From positions 7,688 to 71,687 of the IMG/VR virus record IMGVR_UViG_3300022602_002721: a stretch of 64,000 bases of DNA; one strand, given 5' to 3'. Positions 18,441 to 28,426 of the stretch are shown here, piece after piece. The DNA comes from a virus. A program made the translations under genes and the position numbers. How positions within the stretch are numbered: position 1 is the first letter of the stretch; every line of letters starts with the position of its first letter. The notes under the pieces are model-generated. The model was not told the origin of the DNA. It was given only the letters and a program-made list of their open reading frames with translations, and made no database searches.

Positions 18441-18757
18441 ATTGTATCCTTTAACACATCAAAATCATCACCGTACTGATAATGTACTCCTCCGGGACCA
18501 ACCCGTTCCCTACGATATACAGTAGCACCCTTCCAATACCATTTACCTTTTATACGTTTAGGAAACAGTTTAATTGTATAGGGTTCCCATGCTCCCCACG
18601 TAAGGTTAGATTTCATCTTACGTACCTGTTCTAGCAAATCCTGAGAGTCCTTACGCAGATCATCCATCTGTTTATTCATGTCTGTAATCATCTGATTATA
18701 TTCTTTATTCAGATCCTGATAAACCTTATTTGGGTCAAAGTATGCCATTAAGTCCAC
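18437..18757 (-). CDS. hypothetical protein
   Basis: Overlap-coupled ORF in operon. Confidence 0.65.
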   Translation of the reverse strand: MDLMAYFDPNKVYQDLNKEYNQMITDMNKQMDDLRKDSQDLLEQVRKMKSNLTWGAWEPYTIKLFPKRIKGKWYWKGATVYRRERVGPGGVHYQYGDDFDVLKDTM

Positions 18758-19062
18758 CTCAATACAAACATTGTAAAGTCTTTTTCATTTTCAAACAAGA
18801 AGTCCCTGCCATTTCTTTCATAAGAACCTTGGCAATTTTCTTCTAACCAAATTGTAATATCAATAGCATGTTTGTTATCGATAAGTGTAGGAAGGATTAA
18901 TCTTTTCCAACCCATGCCCTGCAGCATACCCCAAAGGATTTCTCGATCTATTTCCTCGGCTATTTCTTTGGCTTTGGATTCTATTATTTCTTGTTCTAAC
19001 ATAACTGTTTGTTCATCCACCCACTTGCCCATTGCGGCTAATACTTTTGGACTATACTTCAT
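18748..19062 (-). CDS. hypothetical protein, F..D...F.L.W family
   Basis: WLEENC...FLFENEKDFTMFVLRWT. Confidence 0.7.
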   Translation of the reverse strand: MKYSPKVLAAMGKWVDEQTVMLEQEIIESKAKEIAEEIDREILWGMLQGMGWKRLILPTLIDNKHAIDITIWLEENCQGSYERNGRDFLFENEKDFTMFVLRWT

Positions 19063-19298
19063 GACCACCTCAATGCAAATATTACAGCATCAGCACTATT
19101 TTCAAAACGAAAAGCAAATCCTTCAGTGCTTTTCCACCCATGCACATGATACCTTCCAGAGCTAGCGTGTTCATCGCACCACTCATATATCTTTTGTGGA
19201 GGCTTAAATTCAGGAGTGTGAATGATCTTATTCCAAGTTATAACAACCTCAGTCCAATCTGGAGGCGGCCATGCTTGGAATTGTATCACTGTCCCCAC
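19059..19298 (-). CDS. hypothetical protein, F..D...F.L.W family
   Basis: WCDEH...FRFENSADAVIFALRWS. Confidence 0.7.
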   Translation of the reverse strand: MGTVIQFQAWPPPDWTEVVITWNKIIHTPEFKPPQKIYEWCDEHASSGRYHVHGWKSTEGFAFRFENSADAVIFALRWS

Positions 19299-19462
19299 CG
19301 CAACAAAAACATCATATGGTCTCCTGCGGATTCAAAATACAGCGACCCGCTTTTATAAAACCAGCGATCTGGAAAATTTTCATTCAACCAATCTATTACA
19401 TGTACAGGAATTAGACTTGCTATCTCAACTACATGATAATCATGATCTAATTTAAGTTCCAT
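19286..19462 (-). CDS. 58-aa hypothetical protein, F..D...F.L.W family (not in ORF track)
   Basis: MELKLDHDY...WLNENF...LYFESAGDHMMFLLRWGQ; TAATG coupling. Confidence 0.7.
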   Translation of the reverse strand: MELKLDHDYHVVEIASLIPVHVIDWLNENFPDRWFYKSGSLYFESAGDHMMFLLRWGQ

Positions 19463-19671
19463 TACGAAAACCTCATTGCCATAATCATAGCGTCATATGG
19501 ATCGAAGAAATTAAATTCCATCCAATCTGATGTAAGTTCAGTTGTAAACTTTTCACCAGGAAGCCCAAAACGTTCTATCGCCCACGCACAAGCATCGTTC
19601 CAATTTTCATTATTGTCCTTTAATTCCCAAGTAAGGCGAACAACATTTGGTGGAGCGATCGTTGCTTTCAT
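19462..19671 (-). CDS. hypothetical protein, F..D...F.L.W family
   Basis: WAIERFG...FNFFDPYDAMIMAMRFS. Confidence 0.7.
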   Translation of the reverse strand: MKATIAPPNVVRLTWELKDNNENWNDACAWAIERFGLPGEKFTTELTSDWMEFNFFDPYDAMIMAMRFS

Positions 19672-19976
19672 TTCCAGAGCTTTAGCAAATTAACAAATTC
19701 TGGCCACTCATTATCATGACGTGGAGCAAGTACAATAGCTAGTTCAGCATTGTCCATGCGGCTTTCAGTTACAATCTCAATTCCTTCAAGTTCTTTAAGC
19801 ATAGCAAACTCTGCATCAGTTACAGCACAAGTTACTTTTTTAAAGCTCTTGCTTAACCACTCTTTCATAGAAGCACGTTCTTGGTACTTAAGATAGCACA
19901 TAAGGCCGGCATGTGCTGCGGCATTCATTGCCATACCAACAGGAGTATCCTGCTTAATACAAATATACATTTTCAT
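19668..19976 (-). CDS. peptidyl-tRNA hydrolase type 2 (Pth2)-like
   Basis: KMYICI...G....AAHA, WL..SFKKV..V, P......LKL; the Asp-region motif is divergent. Confidence 0.7.
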   Translation of the reverse strand: MKMYICIKQDTPVGMAMNAAAHAGLMCYLKYQERASMKEWLSKSFKKVTCAVTDAEFAMLKELEGIEIVTESRMDNAELAIVLAPRHDNEWPEFVNLLKLWK

Positions 19977-20179
19977 TCTTTACCGTCCACTTTATCTAAA
20001 GTTTGTTTAGCATACCACCCCATACGACCTTCAGCATCCATACGTTGAATATCTTCTAGGGCTACCCGCATTATTTCATTCTTTTCTTGTAAGGCGTACA
20101 TTTGATTCCGCAAGTTGCCAGCCTGGAGCCACGACAGCAACATGCTGGCAAATCTTGCAAGGATCAAATGCCATTCCAT
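19973..20179 (-). CDS. hypothetical protein
   Basis: Overlap-coupled ORF. Confidence 0.6.
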   Translation of the reverse strand: MEWHLILARFASMLLSWLQAGNLRNQMYALQEKNEIMRVALEDIQRMDAEGRMGWYAKQTLDKVDGKE

Positions 20180-21009
20180 CAGACCTCAAAGTAGAAGCCA
20201 GGGTCAAACGCATCGGCTTGTTCTTCCCAACCTGCGTACCCACGTGGGTTACTTAACACACGAGTACCTTCAATCATGTAATCTACAGGATCGTGCATGT
20301 GTCCATGTACCCAATATTTGATCTGTGGATGATCCATAATGAACTCTGTCAAGTTACTCATATAACCAAAGTTCATGTGGAAGTCATCTTTGTACTTTTC
20401 GTTAATGCTCAAAGGACTTGGGGCATGATGGCTAACCACAACTACCTTATCATCCTTGTGCTCATCAAGAAAGTCTTTCAACTTGCCCACAGTTTCACGG
20501 AACACATCTGCAACATACGCAGGATTAAACTTGTTGGTGTAATAAGCATCGCCGTACATTGTTTGTACTTTGATACTATCACCGTGTTTAATCACTGAGA
20601 AGTCTGCCATGCTTTGTTTCACAACCTGCATAGTCATAGGATCCTTCTTGTTCATGTCTGTCCAAAAAGTTCCGCCAAAGAAATGCACGTCATCAATCGT
20701 GATACCTTCTGCTTCTAAGAAGTGTACGTTAGCTGGCAACTCTCGTCTCAAGCGAGGGAATGTATCTTCATAGCCGTTATGATAATGTTCGTGATTACCA
20801 CAAACATAGATAACATGACGGTACTTAGGCATTTCCTCATTAAGGAACCTACGATAGCGATCTGCCAAAAATACATTTTGTTTAGCATTATCTGCTTTGC
20901 GTAGATGACCTGCTTCCATGATGTCGCCAGCCATAATCAACACATCGCCACCGGGCATAACAATGTCCTCAAAGTTGATGTGCATATCGCTGACTAAATT
21001 AATCTTCAT
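20179..21009 (-). CDS. calcineurin-like metallophosphoesterase
   Basis: SDMH, AGDI, GNHEHY, SHHAP, HGHMH, NPRGY. Confidence 0.92.
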   Translation of the reverse strand: MKINLVSDMHINFEDIVMPGGDVLIMAGDIMEAGHLRKADNAKQNVFLADRYRRFLNEEMPKYRHVIYVCGNHEHYHNGYEDTFPRLRRELPANVHFLEAEGITIDDVHFFGGTFWTDMNKKDPMTMQVVKQSMADFSVIKHGDSIKVQTMYGDAYYTNKFNPAYVADVFRETVGKLKDFLDEHKDDKVVVVSHHAPSPLSINEKYKDDFHMNFGYMSNLTEFIMDHPQIKYWVHGHMHDPVDYMIEGTRVLSNPRGYAGWEEQADAFDPGFYFEV

Positions 21010-21425
21010 TGTGCTTCCTTGTCTAAATCTACATTAGTAAGTCCTGCTATTACCTGAAATTGATCCCAGGCTTTTTTAGCAGTAGGATTCGATTCTAATT
21101 CACTGCTTGGTAGTACTGTTTCTAACCAAATATATGGCATACGGCGAGGATGAGCACCAAACTTACGTGGCTGATGCATCTTACCTGTACTGTATAGTTC
21201 AATGCTGATATCTCGAAACTTTTGTTCGTCCTCATCTGCATAGTTGACCCATTCTGGATTGCTCCAAGGACTGTATCCGTGATACCCGTCCCAAATGCCC
21301 GCCCATTCTTCATCAACGTTTGGGTTAAAATCTGTACGAGTAATAATAACAAGTACATCGTTGATGTCTACAACGCCGTCTACGATATCGCGAACGCAAC
21401 GGCTATAACTTAGTCCAATTTTCAT
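21006..21425 (-). CDS. hypothetical protein
   Basis: Start MKIGLS with AGGA RBS. Confidence 0.7.
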   Translation of the reverse strand: MKIGLSYSRCVRDIVDGVVDINDVLVIITRTDFNPNVDEEWAGIWDGYHGYSPWSNPEWVNYADEDEQKFRDISIELYSTGKMHQPRKFGAHPRRMPYIWLETVLPSSELESNPTAKKAWDQFQVIAGLTNVDLDKEAQ

Positions 21426-21453
21426 AGTAGTATTTTCCTGGAGAATATAACTT

Positions 21454-21482
21454 ATTATAAGCTCAGATGGTAAAAATGTCAA
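21454..21482 (-). promoter_or_regulatory. consensus sigma70 promoter
   Basis: TTGACA-17bp-TATAAT heading the 21425-17720 operon. Confidence 0.85.
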
Positions 21483-21505
21483 TATGTGCGTAGATAAATA
21501 TTACT

Positions 21506-22717
21506 ATGATTAAGCCAAAAACACAAGATGCGATAGCCAAAAGCCTAGAGAAACTACGCTCAGACGGCAACTACAGAGTGTTTACAGACATACTAAGACA
21601 GCGTGGAGATTTTCCAAAAGCCATTTGGTATGGACGTTACAACATTAAACAAATTACCAATTGGTGCTCAAATGACTATTTGGGCATGGGCCAACACAAA
21701 GTAGTATTAGATGCTATGCACACCGTACTAGATACAGCAGGCGCCGGGTCTGGCGGTACTCGTAACATTAGCGGTACAACACACTATCACGTGGCATTAG
21801 AGCGTGAGCTTGCTACCCTACACGATAAAACAGCCGCACTTACTTTTACCAGCGGATATGTAGCTAACCAAAGTACGCTAAGTGTGCTAGGTAAAGTTTT
21901 ACCAAACGTACATTATATCAGTGATGCCCATAATCATAATTCAATGATCGTTGGAATTAAGTCTAGCCAAACGCCTCGTACTGTTTGGCGACATAACGAT
22001 CTAAAACATCTTAAAGAAATACTTCAAAGTTTGGACAGTGACGTTCAACCTATCATCGCTATGGAAGGTGTTTACTCCATGGATGGCGATAAAGGATTAA
22101 TCAGTGATGTATGCGAAATCGCTCGCATGTACGGCGCAATGGTCTATGTTGACGAAGTTCATGCTGTTGGGCTATATGGTGCTCGAGGTGCAGGTGTAGC
22201 TGAAGAACAGTTCTGTGTAGACGGTGTGGATGTAATACAAGGCACACTAGCCAAAGCATTTGGTGTGCAAGGCGGTTATATCGCTGCAGGCCGTGATCTA
22301 GTTGATATGATCCGTAGCTATGCACAGGGCTTAATCTTTAGTACATCGATGGCTCCTGTGCTGTGTGCTGGTGCATTAGCCAGTGTTAAGTATGTACAAG
22401 ACCATCCAGAGCTACGCACAAAGATTATGACTGTTGCAGAAATGACCAGACAGCATTTAAAAGCTGCTGGCTTAGAAGTTAACCCACTATCAGAAGGCGG
22501 ACATATTGTTCCTGTAATGGTACGTGATGCTAAGAAGTGTAAAGCGATCTCAGATTGGTTGCTAGAGCAATACGGGATTTACCTTCAGCCAATAAATTCT
22601 CCAACGGTCTCCTGGGGCACTGAAAGATTACGGGCCTGCCCAACTCCTAATCATACAGAAGCAGATATATACTTGTTGGCCGAAGCATTAAAAGATGCTT
22701 TTGAAAAATATAAATAA
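21506..22717 (+). CDS. hemA: 5-aminolevulinate synthase (Shemin/C4 pathway)
   Basis: WCSNDYLGM, GAGSGGTRNISGT, DEVHAVGLYG, GTLAKAFG (PLP Lys), IN.PTV..GTERLR. Confidence 0.95.
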   Translation: MIKPKTQDAIAKSLEKLRSDGNYRVFTDILRQRGDFPKAIWYGRYNIKQITNWCSNDYLGMGQHKVVLDAMHTVLDTAGAGSGGTRNISGTTHYHVALERELATLHDKTAALTFTSGYVANQSTLSVLGKVLPNVHYISDAHNHNSMIVGIKSSQTPRTVWRHNDLKHLKEILQSLDSDVQPIIAMEGVYSMDGDKGLISDVCEIARMYGAMVYVDEVHAVGLYGARGAGVAEEQFCVDGVDVIQGTLAKAFGVQGGYIAAGRDLVDMIRSYAQGLIFSTSMAPVLCAGALASVKYVQDHPELRTKIMTVAEMTRQHLKAAGLEVNPLSEGGHIVPVMVRDAKKCKAISDWLLEQYGIYLQPINSPTVSWGTERLRACPTPNHTEADIYLLAEALKDAFEKYK

Positions 22718-22772
22718 AGGTGTAGTTCGCGGAATTGGCGTTATCATTTTACAAATTGCAAGGAGGCATTCA

Positions 22773-23201
22773 ATGTCATTGGCAATCAAAATTAAAAAAG
22801 CATTATGGTTTACAGCAGGTATACTATTCTTAGGAGTAGCATACTTAGGAACGTTTGTTCCAGGATTACCTTGGTCAACACCTGCACTATTAGCCGCATG
22901 GTGTTTTAGTAAGAGTAGCGAAAAGTTTCACAACTACATGTTGAATCATAAGTTGTTTGGACCAGTCATCCGTAATTGGAGTGAAGGTCGTGTGTTTCCA
23001 ACTATTGCAAAATGGTTAATGTTTGCCAGTATGGATTTTAGTTTGATCTTAATCTATTGGCGCACAGGCAATTGGAAACTGTGTTTAGGCCTAGGCATAT
23101 TCTTTGCCCTAATCATTCTTTGGGCAAGTAGACTACCTGGTAGTAGAGCTGAAGCGGAACGCAGAAAGGCCGCTGGTGAAAAACTAGGTTGGTTTAAGTA
23201 A
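22773..23201 (+). CDS. YbaN/DUF454 inner-membrane protein
   Basis: G..G.FVPGLPWSTPALLAAWCFSKSS.KFH..ML.H.LFGP.IRNW; AGGAGG RBS before ATG 22773. Confidence 0.85.
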   Translation: MSLAIKIKKALWFTAGILFLGVAYLGTFVPGLPWSTPALLAAWCFSKSSEKFHNYMLNHKLFGPVIRNWSEGRVFPTIAKWLMFASMDFSLILIYWRTGNWKLCLGLGIFFALIILWASRLPGSRAEAERRKAAGEKLGWFK

Positions 23202-23327
23202 TCAACGTCTTTTAGCACACTTAGCCGCAGGACGGCGAGGTTGTTTAGGAGTCATCAAATCCCGCAAACGCTCAAGTTCTTTTTGGCGCTTGCGGTTTTT
23301 TACGGACTCAGTTATCTTCTTAAGCAC
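23202..23327 (-). CDS. 41-aa basic peptide (not in ORF track)
   Basis: GTG start overlapping the upstream stop; MLKKITESVKNRKRQKELERLR...AKRR. Confidence 0.4.
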   Translation of the reverse strand: MLKKITESVKNRKRQKELERLRDLMTPKQPRRPAAKCAKRR

Positions 23328-23850
23328 TCTTACCTAGTTTACGATATACAGTCTGTACACCTTTGGCTTGACGAATAGCATCGAACAAGGCATTGTGTTG
23401 CTGTTCTTTATCTACAGTCATTTCTGGATCTTCTAAGTCAAACAATGTGCGTGTATCACGACAGCGCCAGAATTCCCAAGCGATAGGTTTTCCAATTTGA
23501 CGATAGATATCTTCAAGGATGATGATGTCAAACACAGCACCATGTGACCAAATCTTATCACAACCCCAAGCAAACTTGTGGAATGCCGCCATACCATCAA
23601 CTACACTAATACGACCATCCGAGCTAAAAGCTTCTTCCATTACCTTAGGATCTTGCTTTGCCCACCAATCTAGTGTGTTAGGATCAATTTCGCGATTGAG
23701 TTTATCTTGGTCATCTAGATCAAACTTTAGATAAAGCTCATCGTAAATCTCATCAGTAAACGGATCGAATTGAACAGCACCCAAAGTTAGCACTACAGCA
23801 CGTGGAGTAACGGCCATAGTTTCTAAGTCTACCATCACATGTTTTGCCAT
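23320..23850 (-). CDS. DEDDh 3'-5' exonuclease
   Basis: VMVDLET, WSHGAVFDI, RDTRT, HNALFDA. Confidence 0.9.
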   Translation of the reverse strand: MAKHVMVDLETMAVTPRAVVLTLGAVQFDPFTDEIYDELYLKFDLDDQDKLNREIDPNTLDWWAKQDPKVMEEAFSSDGRISVVDGMAAFHKFAWGCDKIWSHGAVFDIIILEDIYRQIGKPIAWEFWRCRDTRTLFDLEDPEMTVDKEQQHNALFDAIRQAKGVQTVYRKLGKSA

Positions 23851-24008
23851 TACTTCTCTTTTCTAAATAAGTTTTTAATTGACTGAAGTAAATTATAATA
23901 TCGTTTTTGGTAAAGGTCAAGGTTTATTAGTGGTTCGCGATGCGGACAACGACCCTGACGCCAATCACAATTTGGTTTAATTTCGTTACCGCAATGATCG
24001 CAAGCCAT
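23850..24008 (-). CDS. 52-aa Cys-rich protein (not in ORF track); contains an internal sigma70 promoter
   Basis: MACDHCG...CDWRQGRCPH; TAATG coupling at both ends; TTGACC-17bp-TATAAT inside. Confidence 0.65.
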   Translation of the reverse strand: MACDHCGNEIKPNCDWRQGRCPHREPLINLDLYQKRYYNLLQSIKNLFRKEK

Positions 24009-24511
24009 TATTCGTCCACAAAGTCAATTACGTTGCCGTCAGCATCTGCACAGATAATACGCACAGTTTCGCCGTCTTCGTTTTTAATTTCAATTGGACC
24101 CCAGATCCACCATTCAGTGTCACCTTGGTACCAAGGATCTTCTTCACGTTCTTCTAATTCGTACGGACTATTTTCTTCAAGGAATTCGCGGAGTTCTTCT
24201 TCTGCGTCCTCATCAAGCCCTTCAATTTCTACATCGTACCAGCAACCGCCATCAAACATTTCAACAAGCTCAACGCTTTCGATGTTGTTGACTTCGCAGT
24301 CTAGCATATTGATGCTATCCTTTTTGCCGTCACCGCCAGGTACTTCTGTAAACTCAAACTCAGGTGGATTGTCGTCTGTAGTTTCTACAGTCCATTCGCC
24401 GTAGCGAAAACCGTTAACTACAGTTACCTTACCGTCACCGTTGCTTTGGTTGTATGTTTCAACTTCTTGACAAGATTTTTTGTAATAGGTACTAACAGTC
24501 CACTGAGCCAT
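24008..24511 (-). CDS. acidic hypothetical protein
   Basis: AAGGAG RBS before MAQWTV. Confidence 0.75.
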   Translation of the reverse strand: MAQWTVSTYYKKSCQEVETYNQSNGDGKVTVVNGFRYGEWTVETTDDNPPEFEFTEVPGGDGKKDSINMLDCEVNNIESVELVEMFDGGCWYDVEIEGLDEDAEEELREFLEENSPYELEEREEDPWYQGDTEWWIWGPIEIKNEDGETVRIICADADGNVIDFVDE

Positions 24512-24521
24512 GAGTTTCTCC

Positions 24522-24716
24522 TTAGTTGTCAATAGGCATTGAATTCCACTCTTTGACTACAGCAAGCATTTCATCTTCTGTATTGCAAAGAATCTTAGCG
24601 GTCTTCCATTCGCTGTCGTCATCACGACCGCCTACTTCAACCATCCAACCGTTATCGTAACGGTTAATGTTGATATTTTCATTTACTTTTGCAAGTTTAC
24701 CTAATTGTTTAGCCAT
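24522..24716 (-). CDS. hypothetical protein
   Basis: AAGGAG RBS; sigma70 promoter TTGACT-17bp-TATAAT at 24743-24771. Confidence 0.75.
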   Translation of the reverse strand: MAKQLGKLAKVNENININRYDNGWMVEVGGRDDDSEWKTAKILCNTEDEMLAVVKEWNSMPIDN

Positions 24717-24775
24717 CCGACTTCTCCTTGTTTGATAGTAATATTATACTATCAGGTTAGGATAAAGTCAAATGA

Positions 24776-25021
24776 TTAATAGAGTTTTGGTGGAAGTTGT
24801 TGTGAACGTAGTTGCTTGCGCCAACGTGCTTTTGCGGCACCTTTTTTACGCTTGCGTTCTGTGGTTGGTTTTTCGTATTGCTGACGTTTAAGTACTTCCA
24901 TAAGAAGTCCAGAATCGTCCACTTTCTTTTTAAATTTACGAAGTGCAGAGTTGAAGTTGTCCCCAACTTCTACACGTAAACCAGTTAGATTTTTAGTTTG
25001 ATTGTTGTAATTCTTTGCCAT
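24776..25021 (-). CDS. rpsU: 30S ribosomal protein bS21
   Basis: FNSALRKFKKKV...G...EV.KRQ.YEKPTTERKRKK.AA..R. Confidence 0.93.
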   Translation of the reverse strand: MAKNYNNQTKNLTGLRVEVGDNFNSALRKFKKKVDDSGLLMEVLKRQQYEKPTTERKRKKGAAKARWRKQLRSQQLPPKLY

Positions 25022-26246
25022 TATCTTTATCAAAAATTAGTACCGCTTTGCCTCCTTCGGCTGTATCTTTACTTATCACTATTGTAGTCAAACCACGCTC
25101 CGCTAGGTCCACACTTTCAAACTGATATTGCATTAACATCTTTTCAATAATCTGTTTTAGGCCACGAGCGTTAGTTTTTTGTTCTTTAGCACGTTCAGCA
25201 ATAACACGTAATGCGTCATCTTCAAACTTTAGTTCAATACCATCTAGTTTAAAGATATATTGGTATTGTTTAACGATACTGTTTTTTGGTTCCTTAAGAA
25301 TACTAACCAACTCATCAACAGTAAGTTCGTTTACGTTAACGGTTAAACCAAAACGTCCAATAAACTCTGGTATAAGTCCATAGGTAATAAGATCCTTGGT
25401 ACTAAAGTTTTCGTAGTGGTTTGTATCTTCTGATTTGCTAACAACTTTGCTGTTAAATCCAATTGAACTCTTTTCGGATCTAGCACTAATAACCTTGTCT
25501 ATGCCCACAAACGCACCACCACAAATAAACAAGATATTTGAAGTATCGATTTCAATCATATCACCCTTAGGGTGTTTACGCTTACTACCTGAGGGTACAC
25601 GTACTACAGAGCCTTCAATAATCTTTAATAGTGCTTGCTGTACACCTTCGCCGCTTACGTCACGGGTAATACTAACATTTTCACCTTTGCGGGCGATCTT
25701 GTCAATTTCATCAATATAAACAATGCCGTGTTCTGCTTTTTTGATATCGTCATCTGCAACACTTAACAAACGAGTCAAGATGCTTTCTACGTCATCACCT
25801 ACATAACCTGCTTCAGTAAGTCCTGTAGCATCACATACAGCGAATGGCAAATCCAAGAACTCTGCAATCTTTTTGGCCATCATAGTTTTACCACAGCCTG
25901 TAGGGCCTAGCATAAGCACGTTAGTTTTTTCTAACTTGATATCTTTGCTTGGACTATTGATACGCTTGTAGTGTTGTGATACTCCAACTGATAAAGCGAT
26001 TTTAGCCTGATCCTGTCCAATTACATATTGATCAAGATAGTCTTTAATCTTAGTTGGATTAAACTTTTGTTTTTCTTCTGCTTCAGGAAAGTCTTTTACT
26101 TTTTCTTCATGCAGGATATTAGAGCATAGATCGATACATTCATTACAAATGCCAATGTTATCGCCCCCTACAATTAACTTTTCAACATCCTCTTTGCTCT
26201 TACCGCAAAAACTACAGGAATGTAAATCTTTATCACTTGACATCAA
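24993..26246 (-). CDS. clpX: ATP-dependent Clp protease ATPase subunit ClpX
   Basis: CSFC..C..C zinc finger, [40 protein letters not shown] loop. Confidence 0.97.
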   Translation of the reverse strand: MMSSDKDLHSCSFCGKSKEDVEKLIVGGDNIGICNECIDLCSNILHEEKVKDFPEAEEKQKFNPTKIKDYLDQYVIGQDQAKIALSVGVSQHYKRINSPSKDIKLEKTNVLMLGPTGCGKTMMAKKIAEFLDLPFAVCDATGLTEAGYVGDDVESILTRLLSVADDDIKKAEHGIVYIDEIDKIARKGENVSITRDVSGEGVQQALLKIIEGSVVRVPSGSKRKHPKGDMIEIDTSNILFICGGAFVGIDKVISARSEKSSIGFNSKVVSKSEDTNHYENFSTKDLITYGLIPEFIGRFGLTVNVNELTVDELVSILKEPKNSIVKQYQYIFKLDGIELKFEDDALRVIAERAKEQKTNARGLKQIIEKMLMQYQFESVDLAERGLTTIVISKDTAEGGKAVLIFDKDNGKELQQSN

Positions 26247-26625
26247 ATGCCCTTTCTAGAAATTGTTCAATACTTAAAACACGGTTATTATTAACGTGGC
26301 TTATAAGAGAAGCCAAACTTTCGTTCTTGGTCATATAGTATACGTTTGGGCGACTAGCAATATAGCTGGCCATAATATTAATTATAGCATGTTCGCAGTC
26401 AAGGTTCAAGAATTTGGCATCCGCTCTGTTAGTCGCATACAATAACCAACTAGGATTATTCTCGCCTTGGTAGTAGTAAAAATTTACATCTGGATAGCTA
26501 GGTTGGCTAGCTAACCAGTTGCTGGTTTTTTCTTGATCTTCAGTAGTCATGCCCAAGAACAAGACACTGAAGTTTGAGTTTTCGTATATGTCTGGTGGTG
26601 TTATTAAAGTTATTTTACTTGACAT
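26233..26625 (-). CDS. hypothetical protein
   Basis: Overlap-coupled ORF. Confidence 0.7.
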   Translation of the reverse strand: MSSKITLITPPDIYENSNFSVLFLGMTTEDQEKTSNWLASQPSYPDVNFYYYQGENNPSWLLYATNRADAKFLNLDCEHAIINIMASYIASRPNVYYMTKNESLASLISHVNNNRVLSIEQFLERAFDVK

Positions 26626-27976
26626 CTTTTCGCTTTTTAGCTTCTTCTAGATATTCTTCTTCTGTTATAGTCTTGTTAGCGATCTTAGTCCAAACATTAC
26701 TTTCTGCTTGTTCTTCATTTTGAATGTAGGTAGCATCTGAAATATAGTCACCAGGTCTTTCGTCCATAGTAATTTCTTGTGTACCTGCAGAATCTTCAAT
26801 TATTATTCCATGCGGAGTATGTGTAATCTCTACAGGAATAACTTCCTCATCTTGGACATCCTCAAGAAAGCTGTAGTTAATTGGAGCCGGTGGAGTAGTA
26901 TCTAATGTTTTAGCAACAGCTTTACCTTTGGCAAAGAATTCTTTTACATCATCGCTTTCTTCTTCAAATGTCTTGCTAGGTTTAGCTTTTGGATAAAACT
27001 TGATTACTTCTTCTTTAGGGAAGTCGATCGGGTTACTGGTATTGGTCATATGGATTGGTTCTGGCCAGTCCATCACTGGTTCCTCAATTTCGTATTCTTC
27101 AAGAGGAACTTGATATTCAAATGACGGGCCTGTTTGTACCCATTCTCCAGTGTCAGCATCTCGCACACCTTCAAACTCTGTTTTAGTTTGAACAGGCTCA
27201 GCTACAGGTTCTTCTTCCTTTTTCTTTGCCCATTCAAAACTATATTGGCTAGCAAGCAACAATACAATCGCTAAAGGATCTAGAACGATAACGATTAATA
27301 CAGTTACCCAATTAACAGCACGTTCTAATAGATTAGCATCTGGGTTAGAGCCAAACAAGAAACTTGCGATGTATTTTATCGGCCCAACTTCCGCTTCAAC
27401 TTTGCGTACTTCAGCACGAATAGGTGCGGCTTCGTCGTTAAGTTGACTAATGATTTTCTGGTTGGTTTCAATGTCTTTGGCAAGACTAATGCGGTCGCGT
27501 TGCTGACTTTTACGTATAGCATTGGATTTGTCCGCACCTTTTTCGTCCTGGGATCGTGCCATAACTTGATCCACAGCATCATCCATCTGTTTAAGTTGCT
27601 TGCGGTCACTTTCAATATTTTCTTTTGCGGTTTTAATTTTCTCATCATAAATTGCTATTTTACTTTGAACATCACCACTTACTAGTGTTTGGTCTGAGTG
27701 TGCTTTTGATAAGAACCCAAACACACCAGTTGATGTGATTAACATCAAAACTACAATCGCAGGTACAGCATAATACTTAAGAAGCCCTGTTGGACGACTC
27801 CAGTTTTGTTTAAGCCATACAGTGATAGCCAACTTACCAAACTCAATAACAACACCCATGCAAATGATAGGTACGATTGATGCAGGATAAATGGCCATCA
27901 AACCAGCTACTGAATAGTAGATGGCTACGACACTGATTAATAAACCTGATATAAGAGTTAGATAAGCTGTCAGCAT
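26615..27976 (-). CDS. multi-TM coiled-coil membrane protein with acidic tail
   Basis: Three N-terminal TMs, coiled coil, EVGPIKY, fourth TM, Glu-rich C-terminus. Confidence 0.75.
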   Translation of the reverse strand: MLTAYLTLISGLLISVVAIYYSVAGLMAIYPASIVPIICMGVVIEFGKLAITVWLKQNWSRPTGLLKYYAVPAIVVLMLITSTGVFGFLSKAHSDQTLVSGDVQSKIAIYDEKIKTAKENIESDRKQLKQMDDAVDQVMARSQDEKGADKSNAIRKSQQRDRISLAKDIETNQKIISQLNDEAAPIRAEVRKVEAEVGPIKYIASFLFGSNPDANLLERAVNWVTVLIVIVLDPLAIVLLLASQYSFEWAKKKEEEPVAEPVQTKTEFEGVRDADTGEWVQTGPSFEYQVPLEEYEIEEPVMDWPEPIHMTNTSNPIDFPKEEVIKFYPKAKPSKTFEEESDDVKEFFAKGKAVAKTLDTTPPAPINYSFLEDVQDEEVIPVEITHTPHGIIIEDSAGTQEITMDERPGDYISDATYIQNEEQAESNVWTKIANKTITEEEYLEEAKKRKDVK

Positions 27977-27982
27977 AAGTTT

Positions 27983-28426
27983 CTATTTATAGTTAAATTC
28001 CCACCTAGGATTATCATCGCTACGGCATGCTTCTTCTTGCCATTCTTTGACATTCCCACCTTTAGATACCTGTGATTGGTATGTACGGCAATAACCATTG
28101 CTGGTCTGATATCCATACACTACTCGCATACGACCAGAAACATCTGCGTTACGATCGCTGTACCATTCTACAGTTTGACCCATTGGAACATTTTCCAACA
28201 TGATCATAAGACTACGTTGATACACCTGCTTGTCCTGCCGGTCCAACAAGCCACCATTCCAGTGTGCGTAATTAACTATAAAGTCAATAAACCCGCTTAC
28301 TGGTCTTAGTGGACCTGTTACACTATCACCTGCGTTCAGAGGATCTGCAAACGCAAGTGTAGGTACTAGCAAACTAGTTATAAGTGTAGTTTGGAAGAAT
28401 TTCCCAAGCACCGTTAAACTTTTCAC
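27983..28426 (-). CDS. secreted protein with 17-kDa surface-antigen-like domain
   Basis: Signal peptide; G.TVEW...SG.......YCRTYQ.....ACR...W. Confidence 0.65.
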   Translation of the reverse strand: MKSLTVLGKFFQTTLITSLLVPTLAFADPLNAGDSVTGPLRPVSGFIDFIVNYAHWNGGLLDRQDKQVYQRSLMIMLENVPMGQTVEWYSDRNADVSGRMRVVYGYQTSNGYCRTYQSQVSKGGNVKEWQEEACRSDDNPRWEFNYK

